64,000 bases of DNA from an uncultured Chloroflexia bacterium (GCA_963779315.1 CAVZXQ010000003.1:85482-149481), one strand, 5' to 3'; counted from the stretch's first letter, positions 11,306-21,143 are shown. Notes: generated by a model not told the origin, from the sequence alone. A program made the numbers and translations.

Positions 11306-11855
11306 GCTGTCCTCTTCTGGGCGTCCACCGCCTGTCGCGCATCGGCTTCGAGCGCCGCACGCATCGCGTCGGTCGAGTAGTGCAGTCGTGACCTGGCGGT
11401 CCCCTCCGGGATGCCGAGGATCTTCGCGATCTCGGCTGCCGGAGAAGCCGCTGTAGTAGTGCAGGACGATCACGGCCCGCTGGTCGGGCTTAAGTCGGCT
11501 GAATCCCCGCTCCAGCTGGTCCCGATCGGCAACCGAACCCGTGTCGTCGCCGATGGATGGCTCGAGCGGGAGCGGTCGCACCTGCAGCGACCAGCGCCGC
11601 AGCTGCCGACCCTGGTCGGCACAGGCGTTGACCAACAGGCGATGGAGCCAGGCGTCGAACCGATCCGGATCGCGCAGCGAGGGAAGCTGACGCCACGCGC
11701 GAACGAGCGCTTCCTGGACCGCGTCCTCCGCCAGGTCCGCCGACCGAAGGATCAGGCGAGCGACCGCATACAGGCGATCGCCGGCGGATGTCGCAAGGAC
11801 TTCGAATGCCTCGTGATCTCCGCGGGCGTGCCGCTTCGACGAGATCGCGCCTCAT
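11302..11855 (-). pseudogene. ECF (group 4) sigma-70 factor, two frame changes
   Basis: ATG 11855 MRRDLVEAAR then GDHEAFEVLATSAGDRLYAVARLILRSADLAEDAVQEALVRAWRQLPSLRDPDRFDAWLHRLLVNAC (my translation and ORF 10613..11635). Region 4 is LKPDQRAVIVLHYYSGFS .. EIAKILGIPEGTARSRLHY in another frame. Stop at complement 11302..11304. Confidence 0.75.
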
Positions 11856-11970
11856 ACCCGCTCTCCATCTTCAGCACGGCCTGGGTGACCGCGCTGTCCT
11901 CTATGACGGATGTCGGAGTCCGATCTACTCAATCTAGCGGCCAGGAAGGACCGGGAGCGGCCCGGAGCGG

Positions 11971-12983
11971 TCAGGAGCGGCGACCGCCGGTGAGCTTGAC
12001 GTAGGCGAGCGTGCCGAGCATCGCGATGAGCCCGATGGCGACCACCAGGAGGATAGCGACGGCCGGATCCCCCACCAGGCCGGGCCCCTGGCCGGCGCTC
12101 CGCGGGTCCCCGCCGATCGCGCCGCTGGGGCTCGGCGAGGCGGCCGCGACCGCCCCGACGACGGCCATGGCCAGGCCGATCGAAGCGGCGACGGTCGAGC
12201 CCATCCGGCGAGCCCGACGGCGGTCGCGACCGATCATCCGAACGTGTCCACGACCGCCCAGGCCGAGGCCGATGGTCACGAAGACCAGCCCGACCACGAG
12301 CGAGATGGCGACGGCGAGGGGCCGCCGTGGATGGTCACCGGCCAGGATCCGCATCGCCTCGTCCGGTTCGAGCGTGGTCAGGATCAGCGGCCGGTCCATG
12401 CCGGCCGCCGAGCCGCGGGATCCCGTCCGGGTCGAGCGAGGGCACGCCGACGACGACCGCGTGTTCGACCGACGACACCTGCTGGATGAGCAGCCGAACG
12501 GTCGCCGTCGGGTCCGTCCCGGCGGGGACGCGGTCGGGCACATCGGCGGCTGTGCCGATCGACTCGCGCGGCAGGACCACGAGCCCGACGTCGAGGTCCG
12601 GGTGGTGGATGCGCGATGCCCTCGAGCCCTTCGCGGATCTCGAACGGCACGGCCTCGCGCCGGTCGTCGATCGACGCCCAGGCCTTGCCCGCACGAACGT
12701 CGAGGCGGGTGCGACGAAAGACGAGCGGCCGGTGGGCGTCGTCCTCGAACTCGGTTTCCGCATCGATGCGGCCGGTCACGCGGACGTAGCGCTCGGGCCC
12801 GCCCGCCTCGGCGATGGCGATCGCCTCGCCGATGCTCACCGACGGCGTGGCGGACAGCAGCCGACCCACGCGATAGCCGGGGCCGAAGGACCGCAGCATG
12901 AACGCGCCGACCAGGAACGCACCCAGGCCGATCAGGATCGCCAGCACGGGGATCACGGCCGCGATCCTAGCATCGGGCAGCAA
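11971..12983 (-). pseudogene. Membrane protein, N-terminal part resembles a GIDE-type domain; at least two frame changes
   Basis: ORF 12384..12983: TM helix IAAVIPVLAILIGLGAFLVGAFML, then RYVRVTGRIDAETEFEDDAHRPLVFRRTRLDV..EAVPFEIREGLEGI. Middle part in ORF 12335..12763. C-terminal TM-rich part in ORF 11971..12543. Confidence 0.4.
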
Positions 12984-13175
12984 AAGACCCGAAGGAACCT
13001 ACCCGACACGTGGGCGTTGATGCGATCGCCGCCGTTAGTGTCGCTCGGCCCCTCCGGGCTGAGATGAACGGTACGCGCCGGCGACGCCGGCACCACAATG
13101 GGATTCATCCACCAGTTTCAGCCGGATCTGCGCCGGTTATCCACCGTGCGTCCACACTCGCGCATCGAACGACGC

Positions 13176-13746
13176 TCAGGCGGACCGACCGGTCGCCGGA
13201 TCCACCGCGCGGACCTGGCCGTCGAAGCCGGTCAGGACCAGCCGCCCGCCGACCAGTTCCGCCGCCGTCACGACATCGGAATGGGCGATCCGCCAGGCGA
13301 CCGTCCCGTCCCGTTCGATGGCGAACGTCTCGAGCTCCGACTGGACCAGGACATGGGCAAGGCGCGAGGAGCCGAACAGGGCGATGATCGGCGTCGCCGA
13401 CCGATGCTCCCACGCCGCCTCGCCGCTGGCCACGACCAGGCCGAACGTGTGGAACCCGTAGGCGACGACGAGCAGACCCGCATCATCCCAGTGCAGGGCT
13501 CGCGGCTCGTCGTAGATGGCGGACGCGAACCGAGCGGTCCAGGCTCCGCGCGGCCCCTCCAGCCGAAGCTCCGCGCGGCACAGGGGTTCCGGATCGTCGG
13601 CGACCCGCGAGTCCGAGGTCCACCAGGGATCCGCCGGCCTCCGACAGGGCGAACACCGCCGGCCCCTGGCCGCTGCCGGCCCAGCGCCACCGGGCGCGCA
13701 GCGCGCCCGGATAGGTGACGGTGGCGTTGTGGGGCTCGGCGGTCAT
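13176..13746 (-). CDS. Hypothetical protein (frame change near 13560)
   Basis: ATG 13746 overlaps the upstream stop (ATGA). MTAEPHNATVTYPGALRARWRWAG (inside ORF 13483..14085), then ..HWDDAGLLVVAYGFHTFGLVVASGEAAWEH.. and ORF 13176..13433. No recognisable motif. Confidence 0.35.
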
Positions 13747-14357
13747 GCCGGTCCCGCGTCGAGAGCCTCCGCCTCCACGTCCGCGGCGAGTCGCTCCTCG
13801 GCGATCGGGGCGACCATCGCGTCGGCCAGGATCCGCAGCGTCGCCGGGGGGACCGGGAAGACGGCGGTCGGCATGCCGGCGGCGGCCCACACGACCGGGT
13901 ACCGGCCGAGCCCCGGATCCATGATCACCCGCGTCCGCCGGGCATGGCCGATCGGCGGGATGCCGCCGATGACGAAGCCGGTCAGGTCGTTCGCCTCGCG
14001 GGCGGTCGCCCGCCGGATCTCGGGCTCGCCGGCCACCGCGGCAAGTCGCGCGACATCGACCCGGTCGGGACCGGACACGAGGCACAGGATGGGCTCCGGG
14101 CCGTCGTCCTGCGGGGCCACGAACACGAGCGACTTCACGATCTGCCCGAGCTCCGCGCCGAGGGCAGCGGCAGCCTCCACGGCCGTGTGGGTGGACTCCG
14201 AGAAGGTGGTCACTTCGAGCGTGACGCCCTTGCGCAGGGCGGCGTCGATGACGCGTTGGATCGCGGGATGGACCGAGGCGTCGGGCACGGCGAGGAGTCT
14301 AGCATCGGCCGGCCGTGCGGAACGAGGCGCCGGGCGAGATGCGCCGCCCAGCGCCAT
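13743..14357 (-). CDS. YbaK/EbsC-type aminoacyl-tRNA editing (deacylase) domain protein
   Basis: ORF 13743..14543. Domain begins about HPAIQRVIDAALRKGVTLEVTTF .. IVKSLVFV .. TGFVIGGIPPIGH. Start uncertain: ATG 14357 or GTG 14288. Confidence 0.65.
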   Translation of the reverse strand: MALGGASRPAPRSARPADARLLAVPDASVHPAIQRVIDAALRKGVTLEVTTFSESTHTAVEAAAALGAELGQIVKSLVFVAPQDDGPEPILCLVSGPDRVDVARLAAVAGEPEIRRATAREANDLTGFVIGGIPPIGHARRTRVIMDPGLGRYPVVWAAAGMPTAVFPVPPATLRILADAMVAPIAEERLAADVEAEALDAGPA

Positions 14358-14401
14358 GCCGGCCGCCCGTGCCGATCGGTCGCATCCAGTAGCATCCGGG
14401 C

Positions 14402-15090
14402 GATGCAGGCGATCGTGCTGGCCGATGGCGATGTCGGTACCCGAGACGCGCTCGATGCCGCCTGGCCGGGCTGGCTGGAGGACGGCGCGGTCGTGGTCGC
14501 GGCCGATGGCGGCGCGCGCCACGCCGGGCCACTGGGCCTCCATCTGACGTGCTGGGTCGGCGATGGCGATTCGATCGACGGGGGTCAGCTGGCCCGCCTC
14601 CGGGAGTCGGGTGTGCCGATGGAGCTGGTCTCACCGGAGAAGGATGAGACGGACACCGAGCTCGCGATCCGGGCGGCCCTGGGCCTGGGCGCGGACCGGA
14701 TCGTCGTCGTGGGTGCGCTCGGTGGATCGCGGATCGATCACGCCCTGGCAAACGTCGGGCTGCTCGCCCTGCCTGGGCTGGAGGGCCTGCCGACCTGCCT
14801 GCTGCACCCGACGGGCACGGATCAGCCTCATCAGCGCGCCGAACGCCGACGGCTCGCCCGTCCATCGCCGGATCCCCGGACCCGTCGGAGGCATCGTCTC
14901 GCTCCTGCCCCAGGGCGACGGGGTGGTCGGCGTCACGATCCATGGCCTGGCCTATCCGCTGGTCGATGAACCGCTCCCTGCCGGGCCGGCTCGCGGCCTG
15001 TCGAACATCCGGGTGGCACAGGATGCGGCGGTGACCGTGCGGGCCGGCCGACTGCTGGTGGTCGAGGGCCCTGCTACCCTCTCGACGTGA
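14402..15090 (+). CDS. thiN: Thiamine pyrophosphokinase (one frame change near 14820)
   Basis: MQAIVLADGD .. WVGDGDSIDG .. PEKDETDTELAI .. VVVGALGGSRIDHALANV (tail of ORF 13944..14969). C-terminal thiamine-binding part SLLPQGDGVVGVTIHGLAYPL is in ORF 14563..15090. Confidence 0.75.
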
Positions 15091-15569
15091 GCATGCCCGA
15101 CCGCGGCGATCCGGCGCCCGACGTCGTCCTTCTCGACGATTCCGGAACCCTGCACTCGTTGGCCGACCAGCGCGGCCGCTGGACGATCCTGTACTTCTAC
15201 CCGAAGGACGACACGCCCGGGTGCACCGTCGAAGCGTGCGAGTTCCGCGACGCCACCGAGGTCATCACGCAGCGCGGCGCCGATGTCTGGGGGATCAGCC
15301 CACAGGGCGCGCAGAGCAAGAAGTCGTTCCGCGAGAAGTTCGGACTGCCGTTCAGCCTCCTGATCGACGAGGACCACAAGGTCGCCGAGGCCTACGGCTC
15401 GTGGGTCCAGAAGCAGAACTACGGCAAGACCTACTGGGGGACGGCCCGGACCACCTTCCTGGTCGGGCCGGATGGGCTGATCGTGCGTGCCTGGCACAAG
15501 GTCCGCCCGGAGGGCCACGCGGCAGAGGTGCTCGAGGCGCTCGACGCCGCGCAGGCGTCCCTCGGGTGA
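15087..15569 (+). CDS. bcp: Thiol peroxidase Bcp-type peroxiredoxin
   Basis: Intact ORF. YFYPKDDTPGCTVEAC peroxidatic Cys context. GTG 15087 overlaps the thiN stop (GTGA). Confidence 0.9.
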   Translation: MSMPDRGDPAPDVVLLDDSGTLHSLADQRGRWTILYFYPKDDTPGCTVEACEFRDATEVITQRGADVWGISPQGAQSKKSFREKFGLPFSLLIDEDHKVAEAYGSWVQKQNYGKTYWGTARTTFLVGPDGLIVRAWHKVRPEGHAAEVLEALDAAQASLG

Positions 15570-15606
15570 CGTCGTACGCCGATGTCCTGCGCCGGACACG
15601 CAAAGA

Positions 15607-15638
15607 GACTTCGCTCGTGGGGGGAGACGAGCGAAGTC
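15607..15638 (+). terminator. GC-rich hairpin downstream of bcp (no U-tract)
   Basis: Perfect 12-bp stem: gacttcgctcgt (15607..15618) pairs with acgagcgaagtc (15627..15638). 8-nt loop ggggggag. Lies 38 nt after the bcp stop. Confidence 0.45.
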
Positions 15639-15751
15639 CCGGATGGAAGCGTACCGCCCGGTTCGGCGAGGTGCAAGGGTGACGGCCGTCGATCCCGCCG
15701 AGGCCGGAGGTCCGGCCGAGACCGCCCACAGCGTGGCGACCGGAACGATTC

Positions 15752-16456
15752 ATGGTCATCGCAGCGCACCCGGACGACGCCGAGTTCGGGCCGGCCGGGA
15801 CGGCCGCCGCCTGGATCGATGCCGGTTCGGTCGGATGGCTCGTCTGCTGCACGAGCGGCGACCAGGGCAGCGAGGACGCGGACGCGGACCCGCTCGAGCT
15901 TGCGGCGCTGCGCGAGGCAGAACAGCGCGCGGCCGCGGAGATCATCGGATACGAGGGCGTGACGTTCCTCCACCAGCCTGACGGCGCCCTCGTGAACGAC
16001 CTCGTCCTTCGCGAGCTGCTGGTCCGCGAGATCCGGACCTTCCGCCCGGATGCGGTCCTGGCGACCGACCCGGAGACGCTGTTCTACCGCGGTGGCGGCA
16101 TCAACCACACGGACCACCGTGCGGCGGGCCTGGCGGCGGTGGATGCGGTCTACCCGGCGGCCCGCAACCCGATGGCGTTCCCGGCCCTGGCCCGCTCCGG
16201 GCTGGCGCCCCAGGTCGTCCGGCGGCTGTACCTGTTCTGGACCGACAAGCCGGATGCCCACGTGGACATCTCGAGCACGATCGATCGCAAGATCGCGGCC
16301 CTTGCGGCGCACGCCAGCCAGATCCGCGAACCGGATCGGCTGGCGGAGCGGATGCGTGCCTGGGGGGCGGAAGAGGGCGAGCCGATCGCCGCCGTGGCCG
16401 CAGAGGCCCTGCGCTGCATCGTCATCGATGACGACGACGATGAAGGGCCTGGCTGA
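15752..16456 (+). CDS. PIG-L / LmbE-family N-acetylglucosaminyl deacetylase
   Basis: Intact ORF. MVIAAHPDDAEF and INHTDH metal-binding motifs. Confidence 0.8.
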   Translation: MVIAAHPDDAEFGPAGTAAAWIDAGSVGWLVCCTSGDQGSEDADADPLELAALREAEQRAAAEIIGYEGVTFLHQPDGALVNDLVLRELLVREIRTFRPDAVLATDPETLFYRGGGINHTDHRAAGLAAVDAVYPAARNPMAFPALARSGLAPQVVRRLYLFWTDKPDAHVDISSTIDRKIAALAAHASQIREPDRLAERMRAWGAEEGEPIAAVAAEALRCIVIDDDDDEGPG

Positions 16457-16483
16457 GGCCTCCGTTCACACAGACGAGTTCGG

Positions 16484-18249
16484 TCAGGCGACTTCCAGAA
16501 GGAGTGGCCGGACGCGACCCCAATCGTTCCAGAGCCTGGCGAGACCGTCCGCGCGACGGCCCAGCATGGCGACCAGCTCACCCAGCGTGAGGTCGCCCGC
16601 CGCCCCGGCCAGGTGCTCATCGGCGGTGACGGTGACGCCGGCGAAGAGGCTCCGCATCCCCGACTCGTCGGGCCACTGCCGGATCCGCATCGGGTCCAGC
16701 CCGGCATAGCCCATGGCCATCGATACGTCGCGCTGCGTCGGGACCCGTTCGTCCAGCCAGCCGCCCAGGCCGTCGAAGCGGAACCCGAGCGACGAGAGGG
16801 CTGTGACGATGTCGCGATCCTGGTCCCTGGTGAACTGGCCCCAGAACGGGTGATCCGTCGGGAAGTCCAGGGCCGACTGGCTGATGCTGATGGCCACGAT
16901 GGCGTCCACCAACTCGGACAGGCTGATCTGCCACAGCCGCTGCTCGGCAGGATCGTCGGAGAGTCGCGCGACCGTCCGCGTCAGCGCCTGGCCGTCACCT
17001 CGTAGCAGCAGGAAGATGACCGGCGTCTGGCCGGCACCGAGCGCCGCAGACAGCGGCTCACTCTCGGCCTCGAAGGGTCCAGGTCCGGCGGGTCCGGGTC
17101 CGGCGGGCCAGGTCCGGCGGGTCCGGGTCCGGGCGCTCCCTGGCCCAGCGGGTCGGCTGCCGGCTCGCCAGGGCCCGGTCCGACCGCCGCCTGGGCGGCC
17201 AGTGCCCTGGCTTCCTCGGCCTCCACGCACTCCGCGACGGCCGTGCGCGCGGCCACACACGCCTCTTCGGCGATCTCGGCCTTGATCCGGGCCGAGTCGG
17301 CCTCGAGTGCGAGGCGTTCCAGTGTCTGCACCATCGCGATGGCCGCCTGGTGTTCTCGGACCGCCTCGGCGCCCGCCTCCTTCACGACGACGTTGATGCG
17401 ATTGATCGCATTGAGCCAATCGCGCGCGGCCGCTTCCACGGCGTCGGGTGAGCTGGCGTTGTTGCGAGCATCGCGGAACGTGGCCTGGGCGGCCTCTTTC
17501 GCACGCCGGATGGATACCGGATCGGTCGCGGCGGCGGCCGCCTCGGCCTTGGCGACATGGGTGTCGTAGGCGCGCTGGGCGGCGCGAAGCGTCTCGTCTG
17601 CGACGCCCACACCGGTCCGGGCACGAGTGGCCGAGTCGCAGCGCTCCACGGAGATCCGGCGCGCTTCGCCGCACGGTCCGCTCAGGTCAGGCGGAGCGAG
17701 CGGGGCTGTTCCAGGGTCCGAACCGGATGCGTCACCTGATCGAGCTTGGGTCACGAGGTCGTCCTCCGGTTCCAGGACAGCGACGGCAGACCGAGCGATG
17801 ACGGCGGCCGTCGCCGGCGCCCGATCCGCGGCGCGAGCCGCGTCAGGCGAAGCATGCGCCATCGCCTGGAACATCGGGTCGCGGCCCGGCTCCACGCGGA
17901 ACCCCACCATCGTGGTCGGGGCGGCGACGACCGCCACCGCGGCTCCGCCTGCCACCGCGGCTCCGCCGGGTCGAACAGCCGTTCGAGTCTCGAGCCTGGG
18001 AGCGCCGCTCGCGCCGTCGCCGATGCCGTGGTCCGCCGGGCCTCCCCTGGCCGGTTCGGGCACGATCAGCGCGAACGCATCCTGGGCGAGGGTCGATCCA
18101 CGCCGGCGGGGTATCGCATCGGGGGTGACCGTCAAGCGGACCTCGCGAGGGGCAGGAGGCCTGGCCCGGAGGACCTCGATGAGTGCCGCCCCGGTGGCGA
18201 CGCCGAGGATGAGGCCCACGGCCAAGAAGGCGAATTCGCTGCCGTTCAC
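16484..18249 (-). CDS. Membrane-anchored coiled-coil protein of unknown function (frame change inside a Pro-Gly repeat)
   Basis: ORF 16981..18249: TM helix FAFLAVGLILGVATGAALI, long Ala/Glu-rich helical segment, PGPGPAGPGP repeat. C-terminal globular domain in ORF 16484..17674 (..FLLLRGDGQALTRTVARL .. GFRFDGLGGWLDERVP..). Confidence 0.5.
17076..17135. repeat. Tandem 15-nt repeat (ggtccRggtccggcg) encoding the (PAGPG)n linker
   Basis: Units at 17076..17090, 17091..17105, 17106..17119 (14 nt, ggcca instead of ggtcca) and 17120..17135. Confidence 0.8.
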
Positions 18250-18362
18250 GCTGCCCGAGTGTCCAGGACCAGCTCCTCCCGAGTCGGGGCGCTCCCCGGG
18301 GCAGCGTCGCTGCGACTCTGACGAGCGTCAACTCCACCAGACGCCCTCTCACGCTCCCAGTC

Positions 18363-20300
18363 GTGCACGACGGCGGCGGCGGATGGTACATTCCGCACCT
18401 CGACGCCAGCCGTCGATGTCCACTCGCGCCCGAGCCCCGCCACCAGGGAAGGCACGATCTGAACTTGACTGCCGGAACGCCTCAGGAATTCCTCGTCCAG
18501 CCCGTCGACGCCTCCTGGCTCCAGTGCAACATCGAGTGCCAGGAAGCGTGTCCGGTCGGGACGAACTGTCGCGGCTACCTCAACCTTGCCGCTGAAGGGC
18601 GGTTCGAGGAGGGCTACATCCTGTCGCGCGACCCGAACCCGGTCGCGGCGATGTGCTCGTACGTCTGTTCCGCGCCGTGCGAGCGGGCCTGCCGCCGGGG
18701 CGATATCGATCGCCCGCTGGCCATCCGCGCGATGAAGCGGTTCCTGGTGGAGTGGCACGAGGCGTCCGGCATCCCGGACGTCATCCCGCAGATCACGCCG
18801 CGGGCGGAGCGCGTCGCGGTGGTGGGCGCCGGGCCATCCGGGATCGCCGTCGCCCGCGAGCTCGCGACCAAGGGCTACCAGGTCACGGTCTACGACAGCC
18901 TGCCGTACGCCGGCGGCACGATGCTCATCGGCGTCCCGGCGTTCCGCCTCCCGCGCGAAGCCATCGAGATGGACGTTCGTCTCGTCGAGCGTCTCGGTGT
19001 CACCTTCGTGTACGACACGACGATCGGGGTGGACATCGCGTTCGAGGACCTGCAGCGCGACTTCGATGCCATCGCGATCACGGCCGGTGCCATGAACGCG
19101 GTCGGCCTGGACATCCCCGGTGGCGACCTCGACGGCGTGGACTATGGCGTCGACTTCATGAAGAAGGCGAACCTGGGCCAGCCGCTTGAGGTCGGGACCG
19201 ATGTCGTCGTCATCGGCGGCGGCTACACCGCGATGGACTGTTCGCGGACCAGCCTGCGTCACGGGGCGGATCGAGTCTCCATCGTCTACCGGCGGACACG
19301 GTCCGAGCTCGTCGTGGACGAGGAGGAGCTGGGCGAGACCGAACGCGAGGGCGTCCGGATGGAGTTCCTGGCCAGCCCGATCGAGGTCCTCGGCGAAGAC
19401 GGCAAGGTGGTGGGCGTCAAGTTCATCCGCAACCGGCTCGGCGAGCCGGATGCCTCCGGCCGACGGTCCCCGGTCCCGATCGAGGGGTCCGAATTCATCA
19501 TCCCGGCCCAGACCGTCATCCCCGCGGTCTCGCAGGCGGCGGACCTGACGTTCCTGCCGGTCGAGGCCAGGTTCGAGATCAACCGTGGCCGGGTCAAGGT
19601 GGATCCGGCGACCTACGCCACCAACGTCAAGGGCGTCTTCGCCTGCGGCGACTTCGTGACCGGTCCCACCACGCTGATCGAGTCGGCCGGCCATGGCAAG
19701 AAGGCCGCCTACGCGATCGACCGCTACCTCGCCGGGCGGACCGACGTGACGGTCAGCGCCAACGTCAAGGTCACCAGCTCGTGGCGCCACGACATGCCCG
19801 ATTTCTACGACGTCCTGCCGCGACAGCACATCCCGATGGTGCAGCTGTCCGCTCGGATGCCGTCCACGGACCCGATCGTCAACTTCAACACGCCGGTGGA
19901 GCTGGGCTACGACGCCAACGGGGCGGTCGCCGAGTCCACCCGTTGCCTCATGTGCAACTTCAACATCTGGTTCGATCCCTTCCGGTGCGTCCTGTGCGGT
20001 GCCTGCGCGGATGTCTGCCCGGAAGGCGTCATCCACATGGTGGACATCAACACGCTCAAGTCCGAAGGGCTCCTGCCTGAGCTGGAGGAGGCGTACGGCT
20101 GGGAGAACGGCGGGGCGATGATCCTCGACGAAGAGCGCTGCATCCGCTGCGCGCTGTGCGTCAAGCGATGTCCGTTCGACGCCATTACGATGGAGCGGTT
20201 CGAGCTCCAGGAGATCTCGACCGACGGACGGCTCTACAAGGAGTCGTACCGAGACGCGCAACTCGCCGGGACGCCCGGCGTGGCAGGAGGGGCACGGTGA
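18363..20300 (+). CDS. GltD-like NAD(P)H-dependent FAD/FeS oxidoreductase fused to a 2x[4Fe-4S] ferredoxin domain
   Basis: Intact 645-aa ORF. N-terminal Cys clusters CQEACPVGTNC and CSAPCERAC. Dinucleotide folds VAVVGAGPSGIAVA and VVVIGGGYTAMD. GVFACGD. C-terminal CVLCGACADVCP and CIRCALCVKRCP. Exact start uncertain. Confidence 0.85.
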   Translation: MHDGGGGWYIPHLDASRRCPLAPEPRHQGRHDLNLTAGTPQEFLVQPVDASWLQCNIECQEACPVGTNCRGYLNLAAEGRFEEGYILSRDPNPVAAMCSYVCSAPCERACRRGDIDRPLAIRAMKRFLVEWHEASGIPDVIPQITPRAERVAVVGAGPSGIAVARELATKGYQVTVYDSLPYAGGTMLIGVPAFRLPREAIEMDVRLVERLGVTFVYDTTIGVDIAFEDLQRDFDAIAITAGAMNAVGLDIPGGDLDGVDYGVDFMKKANLGQPLEVGTDVVVIGGGYTAMDCSRTSLRHGADRVSIVYRRTRSELVVDEEELGETEREGVRMEFLASPIEVLGEDGKVVGVKFIRNRLGEPDASGRRSPVPIEGSEFIIPAQTVIPAVSQAADLTFLPVEARFEINRGRVKVDPATYATNVKGVFACGDFVTGPTTLIESAGHGKKAAYAIDRYLAGRTDVTVSANVKVTSSWRHDMPDFYDVLPRQHIPMVQLSARMPSTDPIVNFNTPVELGYDANGAVAESTRCLMCNFNIWFDPFRCVLCGACADVCPEGVIHMVDINTLKSEGLLPELEEAYGWENGGAMILDEERCIRCALCVKRCPFDAITMERFELQEISTDGRLYKESYRDAQLAGTPGVAGGAR

Positions 20301-21025
20301 GCTTCTTGGAGCGGGTGGATCAGACCATCCGCCGCAGCCCGGTGTGGCGATCGCTCTTCCGCCAACCCTACCCGCGCGACGAGCGGTCGCGGGCGTACGC
20401 GGTCATGAACAACGTCTTCCTGCACATCCACCCGGTACGGGTGCGTCAGCACGCGGTCAAGTTCGCCTACACGTTCTGCCTGGGCGGCTTGAGCTTCTTC
20501 CTCTTCCTCGTGCTCACCATCACCGGCGTCTACCTGATGTTCTTCTACGTGCCGTCGGCGACGCAGGCCTACACCAACATCCTCGAGATCCAGAGCCAGG
20601 TCACGTTCGGATTGCTGACCCGCAATATCCATCGGTGGGGCGCTCACCTGATGGTCTTCTTCGTGTTCCTGCACATGATGCGGGTCTTCTATCACGGGGC
20701 GTACAAGCCGCCGCGTGAGTTCAACTGGGTCGTGGGCGTCGTCCTGCTGTTCCTGACGATCATGCTCAGCTTCACCGGCTACCTCCTGCCGTGGGACCAG
20801 ATCGCCTTCTGGGCCATCACCATCGGAACCAACATGGGTGGCTACGCACCGATCCTCGGCGTTCCGGGCGGGAAGCTGCTGCTCGGCGGCCTGGAGGTCG
20901 GCCAGAACACGCTGCTGCGCTTCTACGTGCTCCACATCATGTTCCTGCCGCTCGTCATCGCCATCTTCCTGGCAGTCCACTTCTGGCGCATCCGCAAGGA
21001 TGGCGGGATCAGCGGGCCGCTATGA
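20297..21025 (+). CDS. Cytochrome b6-like protein (N-terminal half of a split cytochrome b)
   Basis: GTG 20297 overlaps the upstream TGA. FLHIHPVRV, TFCLGGLSFFLF, RNIHRWGAHLMVFFVFLHMMRVF, LLPWDQIAFWA, RFYVLHIMFLP (four-helix, bis-His pattern). Confidence 0.9.
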   Translation: MSFLERVDQTIRRSPVWRSLFRQPYPRDERSRAYAVMNNVFLHIHPVRVRQHAVKFAYTFCLGGLSFFLFLVLTITGVYLMFFYVPSATQAYTNILEIQSQVTFGLLTRNIHRWGAHLMVFFVFLHMMRVFYHGAYKPPREFNWVVGVVLLFLTIMLSFTGYLLPWDQIAFWAITIGTNMGGYAPILGVPGGKLLLGGLEVGQNTLLRFYVLHIMFLPLVIAIFLAVHFWRIRKDGGISGPL

Positions 21026-21143
21026 CGACTCATCGCGGCGTTGTCGCCTCCGCTCGCTCGCTTACGCACCTTGGGGTGCGCTCGCTCCCGTGCTCGGCTC
21101 CGCCTTGCGCTGAGCCATCCTCGCGGCCCGCGAGGCCACTCCG

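Noticed and set aside
13040-13175. TPP-riboswitch-like element suggested by gggCTGAGAtg and a downstream CCGGATCTGCGCCGG stretch
   Set aside because: The conserved ACCTGATCYGGNTNATRCCNGCG core is absent. There is no + strand gene downstream. The region is simply the spacer between two minus-strand genes.
18246-20261. Very long antisense or alternative-frame ORFs. Examples: 18246..20261(-), 37361..39619(-), 35406..37475(+), 29448..31040(-), 30326..31831(-), 31648..33165(-), 635..1678(-), 22248..23711(-)
   Set aside because: They overlap genes with clear family motifs on the other strand or frame. They are Arg/Pro/Gly/Ala-rich with no motifs. They are the expected stop-poor artefacts of a very GC-rich sequence.
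18363-20300. Interpreting the GltD-like gene simply as the missing small subunit of the GOGAT encoded at 30465..35034
   Set aside because: It carries an extra 2x[4Fe-4S] domain. It lies 10 kb away from gltB. Its stop codon overlaps the start of cytochrome b6. I therefore treat the respiratory context as primary. A dual role cannot be excluded without biochemical or synteny data.
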